A DNA stretch of 64,000 nt from Actinomycetes bacterium (GTDB lineage Bacteria > Actinomycetota > Acidimicrobiia > Acidimicrobiales > Bog-793): assembly GCA_021798985.1 (NCBI GenBank), contig JAJZBI010000011.1, positions 23,775 through 87,774 on the forward strand, read 5' to 3'. Shown here piece after piece: positions 47,701 through 56,314 of this stretch (within the stretch, counting starts at the first letter, position 1; each line of letters starts with the position of its first letter). Under the pieces are notes generated by a model, which did no database searches, had not been told where the DNA came from, and saw nothing but the letters and a program-made list of their open reading frames with translations. The translations under genes and the position numbers were made by a program.

Positions 47701-48412
47701 CGACAAGTCGGTGTGGATCGTCGGCGGAGACGGCTGGGCCTATGACATCGGCTTCGGCGGCCTCGACCACGTCCTTGCCTCGGGGCGCAACGTCAACGTC
47801 TTGGTGCTCGATACCGAGGTCTACTCCAACACCGGTGGGCAGGCGTCCAAGGCCACGCCGCGCGGCGCCGTGGCGAAGTTCGCGGCCTCGGGCAAGATCA
47901 CCGCGAAGAAGGACCTCGGGGAGATCGCGCGGGCCTACGGCGACGTCTACGTGGCCCAGGTGGCCCTCGGCGCGAGCGACATCCAGACGATCAAGGCGCT
48001 CCTCGAGGCGAACGCCCATCCCGGCCCCTCCCTCGTGATCGCGTACTCGACGTGCATCGCGCACGGCATCGACATGGCGACCTCGATGGCGCACCAGCGT
48101 GACGCGGTGCGCAGCGGGTACTGGCCGCTGTATCGCTACCGGCCGACGACGGCGAGCGAGGGGCATCCCTTCAGCCTCGACGCGAAGGATCCGAGCGTCC
48201 CGATCGCCGACTTCGTCAAGAGCGAGGTTCGCTACGCCTCCCTTGCCCGGAGCGACCCCGCGCGCGCCAGCGAGCTGGTGGAGCTGCTGCAGCAAGACAC
48301 CGAGGAGCGCTGGCGTTACTACCGCCAGCTGGCGGGGCTGGAGCGGACGATGCACGAGCCGGACGCCGAACTTTCGGCCGGCAGGGTCCAGGTGATCGAG
48401 GAGGAGCAGTGA
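44777..48412 (+). CDS. nifJ: pyruvate:ferredoxin (flavodoxin) oxidoreductase, monomeric NifJ/PFOR type
   Basis: GTG 44777, 6 nt after GAGGAGG. About 1211 aa with PFOR domains I-VII. Internal 2x CxxCxxCxxxCP and a TPP GDG motif (GGDGWAYDIG). Confidence 0.95.
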   Translation: MNSPQRICVDGNEAAARVAYQLAEVVALYPITPSSPMGEHADDWAAAGTPNLFGQVPAIVEMQSEAGAAGALHGALQKGALATTFTASQGLLLMLPNMFKIAGELLPTVIHVAARSIATHALSIFGDHSDVMAARATGFGMLASSSVQEAQDLAAIAHLATLRSRVPFLHFFDGFRTSHEVATIVPLQPGDLEALVDREAIRAMRLRGMSPDRPDVRGTAQNPDVFFQGREAAAPYHARVPAIVTAAMDAFERRCGRHYAVVEYHGAPDAERVVVAMGSGCGAIEEAVDTLVARGERLGLCKVRLYRPFPAGEFVAALPPSVRAIAVLDRTKEPGAVGEPLYLDVRAAIDEAMEHTEAPFVVAPKVIGGRYGLSSKEFTPPMAKAVFDELAAASPKAHFSVGIDDDVSSSSLAVDPDFRVEIAEAPFQAVFAGLGSDGTVGANKNSARIIAAHGDTNVQAYFVYDSKKSGSITISHLRFGPRPINSSYLIDEADFVACHQFNLLERAKVLDIARPGATLLLNSPYRAEETWHALSARAQRQILDKKLRCFVIDAHQIASEHGLGTRINTVMQVCFFALSELMPIEQAVAAIKAAIERSYGRRGPEVVARNFAAVDAALAGLQPLETPMRFAAEPAPPRAPEDRFAGAPDFVREVTAVLLADDGDRLPVSAMPPDGRFPSGTARYERRAIASEIPIWDPSLCTDCGKCAIVCPHAAIRMKVFEPDAITGAPDGFLAKPFRSKDLAGHLLSIQVAPDDCTGCGICVEVCPAHSKTEAWRKSINLEPALAHRDEERVRWDFFKSIPELARDALPHDSVKGAAVLEPLFEFSGACAGCGETPYLKLLSQLFGDRLLVANATGCSSIYGGNLPTTPWAHDASGRGPAWANSLFEDNAEFGLGIRLGLEAEQRAARDLLVGLAPELDAELVAGLLHASQEGEADIVAQRARVAELKRQLSGLGGERAEAASDLLACADELVDKSVWIVGGDGWAYDIGFGGLDHVLASGRNVNVLVLDTEVYSNTGGQASKATPRGAVAKFAASGKITAKKDLGEIARAYGDVYVAQVALGASDIQTIKALLEANAHPGPSLVIAYSTCIAHGIDMATSMAHQRDAVRSGYWPLYRYRPTTASEGHPFSLDAKDPSVPIADFVKSEVRYASLARSDPARASELVELLQQDTEERWRYYRQLAGLERTMHEPDAELSAGRVQVIEEEQ

Positions 48413-49458
48413 GCACCGACACGGCGACCACGCGCGAGCAGACCGATCTGTCGACGCGCTATCTCGGGTTGGATCTGTCCTCGCCGATCGTGGCCTCGGC
48501 GAGCCCGATGACCGAGCACGTGGATTCGATCGTGGCGCTCGAGGCTGCCGGGGTCGGCGCCGTCGTCTTGCCGTCGCTGTTCGAGGAGGAGATCCTCGCG
48601 GAAGAGCACATGGTGGACTCCGCCTTCGAGCTCGGGGCTGAGCAGCACTACGAGGCGCGTGGCTACTTCCCGCTGCCGAGCGAGGTGCGAGGGGTGGCGG
48701 AGCGCTACGTGGGCCGGCTCGAGGCCGCCAAGGCCGCCGTGCGCATCCCGGTAATCGCGAGCCTCAACGCCTGGCACGCCGGCGCCTGGAGCCGCTACGG
48801 CCGTCTGCTGGCCGACGCCGGCGCCGACGCCATCGAGCTCAACGTCTATCGCGTCGCGACGAACGAAAAGCTGTCGGCGGCCGAGCTCGAAGCGGCCGAG
48901 CTCGCCTTCATCGCCGAGGTCTGCGAGCGGGCCGGGGTTCCCGTCGCGGTCAAGCTGTCGCCGTTCTACTCCTCCTTTGCCAATTTCGCCGCCAAGGTGG
49001 TGGCCGCCGGGGCGAGCGGGCTCGTGCTCTTCAATCGCTTCTACCAACCCGACCTCGACCTCGAGACCATGGAGGTGCTGCCGAGGGTGCACCTGTCGAG
49101 CAGCACCGAGCTCGGCTTGCCGCTGCGCTGGACGGCGATCTTGCGCCCACAGCTCGGTGAGGAGGTCTCCTTGGCGGCGAGCTCAGGGGTCGAGCACGGC
49201 AGCGACGTGGCGAAGCTGATCGCGGCGGGAGCCGACGTCGTCATGGTGGCCTCCGAGCTGCTGCGCAGCGGTGCGCGCGGGGCAGCCACGCTCGAGGCAT
49301 CGCTGCGCGACGCGATGGAGCTGACCGGCCACGCCACACTCGCCGAGCTGCACGGCTGTGCCAGCCGCGCCAGCGCGCCCCGCGGCGAGGCGTTCGAGCG
49401 GGCGCAGTACGTGAGGACGCTGCGGTCCTGGGGGGCAGGGCTCACCGGCCATCGGTGA
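48409..49458 (+). CDS. dihydroorotate dehydrogenase-like flavoprotein (PyrD-family TIM barrel, function unknown)
   Basis: GTGA overlap with the nifJ stop. N-terminus DLSTRYLGLDLSSPIVASASP...AVVLPSLFEEEI is typical of the 'DHOD-like protein' family. Confidence 0.8.
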   Translation: MSTDTATTREQTDLSTRYLGLDLSSPIVASASPMTEHVDSIVALEAAGVGAVVLPSLFEEEILAEEHMVDSAFELGAEQHYEARGYFPLPSEVRGVAERYVGRLEAAKAAVRIPVIASLNAWHAGAWSRYGRLLADAGADAIELNVYRVATNEKLSAAELEAAELAFIAEVCERAGVPVAVKLSPFYSSFANFAAKVVAAGASGLVLFNRFYQPDLDLETMEVLPRVHLSSSTELGLPLRWTAILRPQLGEEVSLAASSGVEHGSDVAKLIAAGADVVMVASELLRSGARGAATLEASLRDAMELTGHATLAELHGCASRASAPRGEAFERAQYVRTLRSWGAGLTGHR

Positions 49459-49481
49459 AGACAGAGGCAAAAGGAGCGGAG

Positions 49482-49715
49482 ATGAAGGTGTGGATCGACC
49501 AGGAGTACTGCACGGGTGACGGGCTGTGCGAGGAGCTGTGCCCGGCGATGTTCCAGCTCGAGGACGACGGTTTGGCCTACGTCAGGGAGAACGGCGTCGT
49601 CCCGAGCGACCGCGCGGGGCGCGAGGCGATGGTTGTCGTCTCAGGTGAAGACGAGGAAGCGGTGCGCGAGGCGGCACAAGAGTGCGCCGGGGAGTGCATC
49701 TTCATTGAGGAGTGA
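49482..49715 (+). CDS. single-cluster ferredoxin (CxxDxxC...CP type)
   Basis: ATG 49482 follows AAAGGAG. CTGDGLCEELCP plus a distal C-terminal Cys. 77 aa, with an acidic C-terminus. Confidence 0.85.
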   Translation: MKVWIDQEYCTGDGLCEELCPAMFQLEDDGLAYVRENGVVPSDRAGREAMVVVSGEDEEAVREAAQECAGECIFIEE

Positions 49716-49722
49716 GGCTCGG

Positions 49723-49746
49723 GGCGGCGCGGCGCGCCGCGCCGCT
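49723..49746. terminator. GC palindrome between convergent ferredoxin and cNMP-binding genes
   Basis: GGCGCGGC-GC-GCCGCGCC perfect palindrome (49726-49743), extended by flanking pairs. Confidence 0.4.
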
Positions 49747-49754
49747 CGGCGCGC

Positions 49755-50345
49755 TCAGGCGTCGGTGCGCTCTTGACTGAGCTCCGCCAGCCGCCAGCGC
49801 GTGGCCTGCAGTCGCTCGAGCAGCAGCGCGCTCACCCGGGACATGAGGGCGTAGCCGAAGTCCCGGTCGCGCTCGGCAAGGGTGCGTAGGCTGTTCGCGT
49901 CGACGGCGATCGCGCGGACCGGGCCGATGGCGCGGGCGTCGAAGTGCCAGCGGTAGGGGGGGAACAGCCACGACCAGCCGAGCGCGGCGCCGGGCCCGAG
50001 CGTCTCGATGCGGATCCTCCCGTTGCCGAACTGGGCGGACTCGAGCGCAACGTGGCCGCGGCGGATGAAGTAGAGCGCGTCCGCGGGCTCGCCTTCGGTG
50101 AGCAACAGTCGCCCCCCGCCGAAGTCGACCGTCGTCGTGAACCCGGAGATGGCGTCGGCGACGTCGCCGGGGAGGTCCGACAACAGCGGGTGCATGGCCA
50201 CGATCTCGGGCAAGGTGCGCGCCCCGGCGCCGTCGAAGATCCCACCGGTGGCGCTCGGGCGCCCCTCGGTTTCGAAGGGGTCTTCGAGGGAATCGAAGGC
50301 GACTGCCTCGCCGATGAGGTCGCGGATCGAACGCTTGACAGACAT
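49755..50345 (-). CDS. cyclic-nucleotide-binding domain protein without a recognisable DNA-binding domain
   Basis: ATG 50345. cNMP beta-barrel (LLLTEGEPADALYFIRRGHVAL...RIETLGPGAALGWSWL). No C-terminal HTH is visible. Confidence 0.75.
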   Translation of the reverse strand: MSVKRSIRDLIGEAVAFDSLEDPFETEGRPSATGGIFDGAGARTLPEIVAMHPLLSDLPGDVADAISGFTTTVDFGGGRLLLTEGEPADALYFIRRGHVALESAQFGNGRIRIETLGPGAALGWSWLFPPYRWHFDARAIGPVRAIAVDANSLRTLAERDRDFGYALMSRVSALLLERLQATRWRLAELSQERTDA

Positions 50346-50584
50346 GGATCGATCATGTCGCCATGGCAACTGCAAGGAATGGGCCGATGGTGGCTTGATG
50401 CGCGGCCGAATGTCGGCGGGCGTATGGCTCCATTGAGGCCTTGTGTCTCCGGCACGGTGACCTTCGCCCCTTACGAGTTCGCGCCTTCGGGCGCATCGTG
50501 ACCCGGGAAGCGTTGATGGCCTCTTCCACCAGGCGCTTGTAGTGCCGCGAGCGGGCACTGCCCGCGGCCCGAAAGGAGCGGCAG

Positions 50585-51589
50585 ATGACGATCAAGATCG
50601 GCATCAACGGCTTTGGGAGAACGGGACGGGCGCTGTATCGGGCGATCCTCGAGCGCCACTTGTACATGGAGGTCGTCGCGATCAACGATCTCGACGACCC
50701 TCAGTCGCTGACCCGCCTGCTGCGGGCGGACTCGGTGCACGGCCCGTACCGTGCGCCGCTACGGCTCGAGGGGGACCAGCTTGTCACCGAGCATCAGCAC
50801 ACGCGGTTCCTGCGCGAGCCAGACAGCACCCAGCTCCCCTGGAAAGAGCTGGGGGTGCAGGTGGTGGCTGAGTGCACGGGGACCGTCTCGACGCGAAGCG
50901 ATGCCGCCCGGCACCTCGAGGCGGGAGCCGAGCGGGTCGTCGTCTCGGCGCCCTGTGAGGATGCCGATGCCACCTTCGTCCTCGGGGTCAACGAGGAGCG
51001 CTTCGATCCCCTTTCCCATTACGTCGTCTCGAACGGCTCGTGCACGACCAATTGCGTGGCGCTGCTCGCCAAGGTGCTCGACGAGTCCTTCGGGATCGAC
51101 TCAGGCCTGATGACGACGGTGCACGCCTACACGAGTGACCAGGCGCTCCTTGACCGCCTGCACGACGACCCACGCCGCGGCCGCGCGGCGGCACTGAACA
51201 TCGTCCCCACGACGACGCGGGCCGCCCGGACGACCGGTCGCGTCCTGCCCTCGCTCGCCGGTCGCATGGACGGAGCGGCGCTGCGCGTGCCCGTCGCCGA
51301 TGGCTCGATCGTGGACCTCGTCGCGCTGGTGGAGCACGCGGTCCGCCCCGAAGAGGTCAACGAGGCCTTCCGCTCCGCCGCGGAGGGGCGCCTCGGGCAC
51401 GTCCTCGGCTACAGCGAGGAGCCGCTCGTCTCGAGCGACATCCTCGGCGATCCTGCGTCGTGCGTCTTCGACCCGTCGCTCACGCTCGTGCAGGGACGCC
51501 TCGTCAAGGTCTTCGGTTGGTACGACAACGAGTGGGGCTACTCGAACCGCCTCGCAGAGCTCTGCGCGTTGCTTGCGTCCCGCGGTTGA
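50585..51589 (+). CDS. gap: type I glyceraldehyde-3-phosphate dehydrogenase
   Basis: INGFGRTGR, the SNGSCTTNC catalytic Cys motif and WYDNEWGYS. Confidence 0.95.
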   Translation: MTIKIGINGFGRTGRALYRAILERHLYMEVVAINDLDDPQSLTRLLRADSVHGPYRAPLRLEGDQLVTEHQHTRFLREPDSTQLPWKELGVQVVAECTGTVSTRSDAARHLEAGAERVVVSAPCEDADATFVLGVNEERFDPLSHYVVSNGSCTTNCVALLAKVLDESFGIDSGLMTTVHAYTSDQALLDRLHDDPRRGRAAALNIVPTTTRAARTTGRVLPSLAGRMDGAALRVPVADGSIVDLVALVEHAVRPEEVNEAFRSAAEGRLGHVLGYSEEPLVSSDILGDPASCVFDPSLTLVQGRLVKVFGWYDNEWGYSNRLAELCALLASRG

Positions 51590-51610
51590 CAGGAGAACAG
51601 GAGCATCAGC

Positions 51611-54025
51611 ATGAACAACTCGCACTACGTCCGCTTCTTCTCAGAGATCGGCATCGACGACGTCCCGATCGTCGGCGGGAAGAACGCCTCGCTCGGGGAG
51701 ATGTACCGCGGGCTTGCCGACGAGGGCGTGCGCGTGCCGAACGGCTTCGCGCTGACGGCAGATGCCTACCGCCATACCCTCAGCGAGGCAAAGGCGTGGG
51801 AGCGGCTGCATGAGGCGCTCGACGGACTCGATCCCGACAACGTCGCAGACCTCGCCCGGCGCGGGCGGCGCGCCCGTGAGATCGTCTACGGCGCACCGCT
51901 TCCCCACGACGTGATCGGCGAGATCCTCGGGGCCTACCGCCAGCTCCAGCAAGAGTACGGCGACGACGTCCGTCTGGCGGTGCGCTCATCGGCCACCGCC
52001 GAGGACCTGCCGACGGCCAGCTTTGCCGGCCAGCAGGAGACCTTCCTCAACATCAGCGGCGAGGAGAGCCTGCTCGACTCGATCCGGCGCTGCTTCGCCT
52101 CGATGTTCACCGACCGCGCCATCCACTACCGCATCGACCAGGGATTCGACCACTTCAAGGTGGCGCTCTCGGTCGGCATCATGAAGATGGTCCGGTCCGA
52201 CATCGCCTCCTCGGGCGTGGTCTTCACCATCGACACCGAGTCGGGCTTCTCCGACGTGGTCTTCATCACCGGCTCCTATGGGCTCGGCGAGAACATCGTC
52301 CAGGGCGCCGTCGACCCCGATGAGTTCTACGTGCACAAGCCCACCTACGCCGCGGGACACCGGACCGTGCTGCGCCGGCTGATGGGGGAGAAGGGCGTGA
52401 AGATGGTGCTCGTCGAGGGCGAGACGCGCCAGACCACGCGCAACGTCCCCACGCCGCGAGCCGACCGCGAGCGCTACTGCCTGAGCGACGACGAGGTGCT
52501 CGAGCTCGCCGGCTACGCGATGGCGATCGAGCGGCACTACGGGCGCCCGATGGACATCGAGTGGGCCAAGGACGGCAGCGACGGCAAGATCTACCTCGTC
52601 CAGGCCCGCCCCGAGACGGTCGCCTCCCAACGGAGCGGGACCACGCTCGAGCGCTACGTCATCGACGAGCCCGGCGAGGTCTTGATCGAGGGCCGCTCGG
52701 TCGGCGAGCGGGTCGCGCTCGGCAACATCCGGGTGATCGACAACCTCCAGCAGCTATCGAGCTTCGTTCCCGGCGAGGTGCTCGTCGCCGACACGACGAC
52801 GCCGGACTGGGAGCCGGTGATGAAGACCGCCGCGGCGATCGTCACCAACCGCGGGGGACGGACCTGCCATGCCGCGATCATCGCCCGCGAGCTCGGGATC
52901 CCCGCCGTAGTCGGCTGCTCGAGCGCGACGACGACGCTCACCTCGGGCGAGCGCGTCACGGTGTCGTGTGCCGAGGGGGATACCGGCCGCGTCTATCGGG
53001 GCGAGGTCCCCTTCCGCATCGAGCGGACCGAGCTCGCGACGCTGCGCCGACCGAAGACCGAGATCATGATCAACCTCGGCAACCCTGACCTCGCCTTCAA
53101 GACGTCCTTCTTGCCGAACGACGGGGTCGGGCTGGCGCGCATGGAGTTCATCATCAGCGAGTCGATCCGTGCCCACCCGCTCGCCCTGCTGCACCCCGAG
53201 AAGGTCACCGACCCCGCCGAGCGGGCGATCATCGACCACCTCACCGCCTGCTACAGCGACGGCGGCGAGTTCTTCGTCGAGCGCCTGTCTGAGGGCATCG
53301 GCACGATCGCGGCGGCGTTCTGGCCAAAGCCGGTCGTGGTGCGGATGTCGGACTTCAAGACCAACGAGTACGCCAGCCTGGTCGGCGGGCGCGCCTTCGA
53401 GCCGGCCGAGAGCAACCCGATGCTCGGCTGGCGCGGCGCCTCGCGCTACGCGCACCCGGCCTATGCTGAGGGTTTCGCGCTCGAGTGCCAGGCGATGCGC
53501 AGGGTGCGCGAGGAGATGGGCTTCACCAACGTGATCTTGATGTTGCCCTTCGTCCGCCGGGTCGACGAGGCGCGCCAGGTGCTCGACAAGATGGCCGAGT
53601 TCGGCCTGCGCCGTGGCGAGAACGACCTCAAGGTCTACGCCATGTGTGAGATCCCGAACAACGTCGTGTTGATCAACCGCTTCGCGGAGCTCTTCGACGG
53701 CTTCTCGATCGGCTCGAACGACCTCACCCAGCTCACCTTGGGCGTCGATCGCGACAGCGAGATCGTCGCCTTCGACTACGACGAGCGAGACGAGGGCGTG
53801 AAGGAGATGATCAAGCTCGCCGTCGTGGGCTGCCGCGAGAACCACATCCATTCCGGCCTGTGCGGCCAGGCGCCGTCGGACTACCCGGACATGGCCGAGT
53901 ACCTGGTCGAGCTGGGCATCGACTCGATCAGCCTCAACCCCGACACGGTGCTCAAGACGACGAGCCTCGTCGTCGAGCTCGAGGAGCGGCTCGAGCGCGA
54001 GCCGCGACCCGTCGCGGCATCGTGA
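51611..54025 (+). CDS. ppsA: phosphoenolpyruvate synthase (pyruvate, water dikinase)
   Basis: 804 aa. ATP-grasp N-domain, a phosphohistidine swivel ([17 protein letters not shown]) and a PEP-utilising C-domain. Confidence 0.95.
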   Translation: MNNSHYVRFFSEIGIDDVPIVGGKNASLGEMYRGLADEGVRVPNGFALTADAYRHTLSEAKAWERLHEALDGLDPDNVADLARRGRRAREIVYGAPLPHDVIGEILGAYRQLQQEYGDDVRLAVRSSATAEDLPTASFAGQQETFLNISGEESLLDSIRRCFASMFTDRAIHYRIDQGFDHFKVALSVGIMKMVRSDIASSGVVFTIDTESGFSDVVFITGSYGLGENIVQGAVDPDEFYVHKPTYAAGHRTVLRRLMGEKGVKMVLVEGETRQTTRNVPTPRADRERYCLSDDEVLELAGYAMAIERHYGRPMDIEWAKDGSDGKIYLVQARPETVASQRSGTTLERYVIDEPGEVLIEGRSVGERVALGNIRVIDNLQQLSSFVPGEVLVADTTTPDWEPVMKTAAAIVTNRGGRTCHAAIIARELGIPAVVGCSSATTTLTSGERVTVSCAEGDTGRVYRGEVPFRIERTELATLRRPKTEIMINLGNPDLAFKTSFLPNDGVGLARMEFIISESIRAHPLALLHPEKVTDPAERAIIDHLTACYSDGGEFFVERLSEGIGTIAAAFWPKPVVVRMSDFKTNEYASLVGGRAFEPAESNPMLGWRGASRYAHPAYAEGFALECQAMRRVREEMGFTNVILMLPFVRRVDEARQVLDKMAEFGLRRGENDLKVYAMCEIPNNVVLINRFAELFDGFSIGSNDLTQLTLGVDRDSEIVAFDYDERDEGVKEMIKLAVVGCRENHIHSGLCGQAPSDYPDMAEYLVELGIDSISLNPDTVLKTTSLVVELEERLEREPRPVAAS

Positions 54026-54178
54026 TCGTCCCCGCCCGCTAAGGGCTGGGGAGGGGGGACGGAGCAGGGCCCGCCCGCTATCACTGCCCCGCCTGCAGGA
54101 CGCGGCAGGCGCAGGGCGCGGGTTTCAGGGCCCTGCTCCCTATTCGCGCCCCGGGGCCAGATCACTAGGATCGGGGCC

Positions 54179-56281
54179 ATGGCCAGGCGGTGGGCACGCT
54201 TGGTGCTGGCCCACAAGAACCTGATGCTCGGCCTCTGGCTCGTGCTCGCGGCCCTCGGCGCGATCGCTTCGCGGACGCTGCCGGGGTTGCTGACGACCTC
54301 GCTCGCGGTGCCCGGCAGCCAGAGCGCCGCCGCCGATGCGCGCTTGTCGCAGGGCTTTGGGGCCAACGTCGAAGGCGCGTTCGTCGTCGTGCTCGCCCAT
54401 TCCCCGGCGCGCGCCGCTGCGCTGTCGGCCGACGACCGTCGGCTGCGCGCCGCCGCCTCGGTCATCGCCGGGGCGACGACGAGCAGCTTCGCGTCGAGCG
54501 GCGGTGCGGCCTACGCGACCGTGCAGAGCCCGCTCGGCCTCAAGGCGGCCGCCGCGGCGACCGCATCGCTGCGCGCGTCGCTCACCACCCACCACCTCGC
54601 TCGGGCGGAGGTGACGGGCGCGCCCGCGCTGCAGGCGGACGTGACGCCGTTGCTCGCCCACGACCTGGCGGTCGGTGAGGTGGTGGCGGGCGCGGTCGCC
54701 GTGTTGGTCATCGCCGCCGTCATCGGGCCCTCGCTTGCCGCGCTGATTCCGCTGCTCGCCGCCGCGGGAACGGTCGCCGTGGCGCTCGGTGCGCTGTGGG
54801 TGCTCGCGCACTTCGTCGTGATGGTGCTGTACGTGCCGAATCTCGCCGAGCTCATCGGGGTCGGGATCGCGCTCGACTACTCGCTCCTCATCGTCCGTCG
54901 CCATGCCGAGCACGTGGCGGACGGCATGAGCCGATCCGAGGCGGTCCTGGCGACGATGGAGAGCGCCGGCCGGACGGTGGCGTGGTCAGGGCTGACGGTC
55001 GCCGTGGCGTTGTCGGCACTCTTTGTCGTCGACGTCCCCTTCATCCACTCCCTTGCCGTCGCCGGAGTGCTCGTGCCGCTGGTGGCGGTCGCCGCCGCGC
55101 TCAGCCTCCAGCCCGTCTTGCTGAGCCTCCTCGGCTCGTTCCGCCGTGGGGCACTGTCGGACTCCGCATCGCCCGCCTGGGGGCGCTTCGGTGCCCTGGC
55201 GGTGCGTGCGCCCCGCCGCACGCTCGTCGGCGCCCTCGTGCCGCTCGTCGCGCTGGCGATCCCGCTCGGATGGCTGCAGCTCACGCCGACCTCGCTCCGG
55301 GCGCTGCCGGGCTCGCTCGCCTCGGTCCCGCCCCTCGCCGTGCTCTCCGAGCGGTTCGCCCCGGGACTGGTCACGCCGATCGATGTGGTGGTGACGACCT
55401 CGGCGCGAGGCGGCGCGCTGCGCGCCGACGTCTCGGCGGCGACGCTGCGCCTCGCGCGCGAGCTGCTCGCTAACGAAGATGTGGCGGTCGTCGCCATCGG
55501 TTCTCGCCCACCCTACGTCGACCGGGCACGCCGCGACCGGCTGATGGTCGTCGTCGCCCGCTCCTCGCTGGACGCGCCGGCGACCGGCGCGCTGGTGGGC
55601 GAGATCCGCGGCGAGCTCGGCCGCCGGGCGCGACTGCCTGCGGGCGCCTCGCTGCTCGTCGGGGGCGCGCCGGCCCAAGGCGTCGACTTCATCGCCCGCG
55701 TCGACGGCGCCATCCCGATCATCGGCGCCTGGCTCGGGCTGGCGAGCCTCGTGCTGTTGAGCGTGAGCTTCGGCTCGCTCGTGCTGGCGCTGCTCGCCAT
55801 CGCGCTCGACGTCGTGGCGATCGCGGCGGCCTTCGGCGCGACGGTCGCGGTCTTCCGCTTCGGTGCCGGTGTGCCCTTCGGTCGCTACCACGTCGGCGCG
55901 CTCGAGGCGTGGGTGCCGGTGTTCTTGCTGGCGATGCTCTTCGGGTTGTCGATGGACTACGAGATGTTCATCGTGCGGCGCATCCGCGAGGCGCGTCAGG
56001 CCGGGGCCGAGGACGCCTCGGCGATCGTCGCCGGGCTGGCGGGGACCGGTCGGGTGGTGAGCGCCGCGGCCTGCATCATGGTCGGCGCTCTCTTCGGCCT
56101 CTACGCCGGCTCGGTCGCCGGCCTGCAAGAGCTCGGCGTCGGTCTCGCCCTCGGCGTGCTGATCGACGCGTCGGTGGTGCGCGCCCTCGTCCTTCCCGCC
56201 GCGATGGCCCTACTCGGCCGTTTTGCGTGGTGGTTGCCCGGGCGCCCACCGCCCCGGGGCGCGCCGGCGCCGCCCGCGTGA
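54179..56281 (+). CDS. MMPL family (RND superfamily) transporter
   Basis: Two blocks of ~6 TM helices, each preceded by an extracytoplasmic loop. MMPL-type sequence. Confidence 0.85.
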   Translation: MARRWARLVLAHKNLMLGLWLVLAALGAIASRTLPGLLTTSLAVPGSQSAAADARLSQGFGANVEGAFVVVLAHSPARAAALSADDRRLRAAASVIAGATTSSFASSGGAAYATVQSPLGLKAAAAATASLRASLTTHHLARAEVTGAPALQADVTPLLAHDLAVGEVVAGAVAVLVIAAVIGPSLAALIPLLAAAGTVAVALGALWVLAHFVVMVLYVPNLAELIGVGIALDYSLLIVRRHAEHVADGMSRSEAVLATMESAGRTVAWSGLTVAVALSALFVVDVPFIHSLAVAGVLVPLVAVAAALSLQPVLLSLLGSFRRGALSDSASPAWGRFGALAVRAPRRTLVGALVPLVALAIPLGWLQLTPTSLRALPGSLASVPPLAVLSERFAPGLVTPIDVVVTTSARGGALRADVSAATLRLARELLANEDVAVVAIGSRPPYVDRARRDRLMVVVARSSLDAPATGALVGEIRGELGRRARLPAGASLLVGGAPAQGVDFIARVDGAIPIIGAWLGLASLVLLSVSFGSLVLALLAIALDVVAIAAAFGATVAVFRFGAGVPFGRYHVGALEAWVPVFLLAMLFGLSMDYEMFIVRRIREARQAGAEDASAIVAGLAGTGRVVSAAACIMVGALFGLYAGSVAGLQELGVGLALGVLIDASVVRALVLPAAMALLGRFAWWLPGRPPPRGAPAPPA

Positions 56282-56314
56282 GGCGGGCGGCGCGCGGGCA
56301 GGGGAGGCGCCAGA

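Noticed and set aside
54045-54060. A G-run (GGGCTGGGGAGGGGGG) as a G-quadruplex element.
   Set aside because: Only three clearly separated G3 tracts are present, and such runs are common in ~70% G+C DNA. It is mentioned only as part of the ppsA-MMPL spacer.
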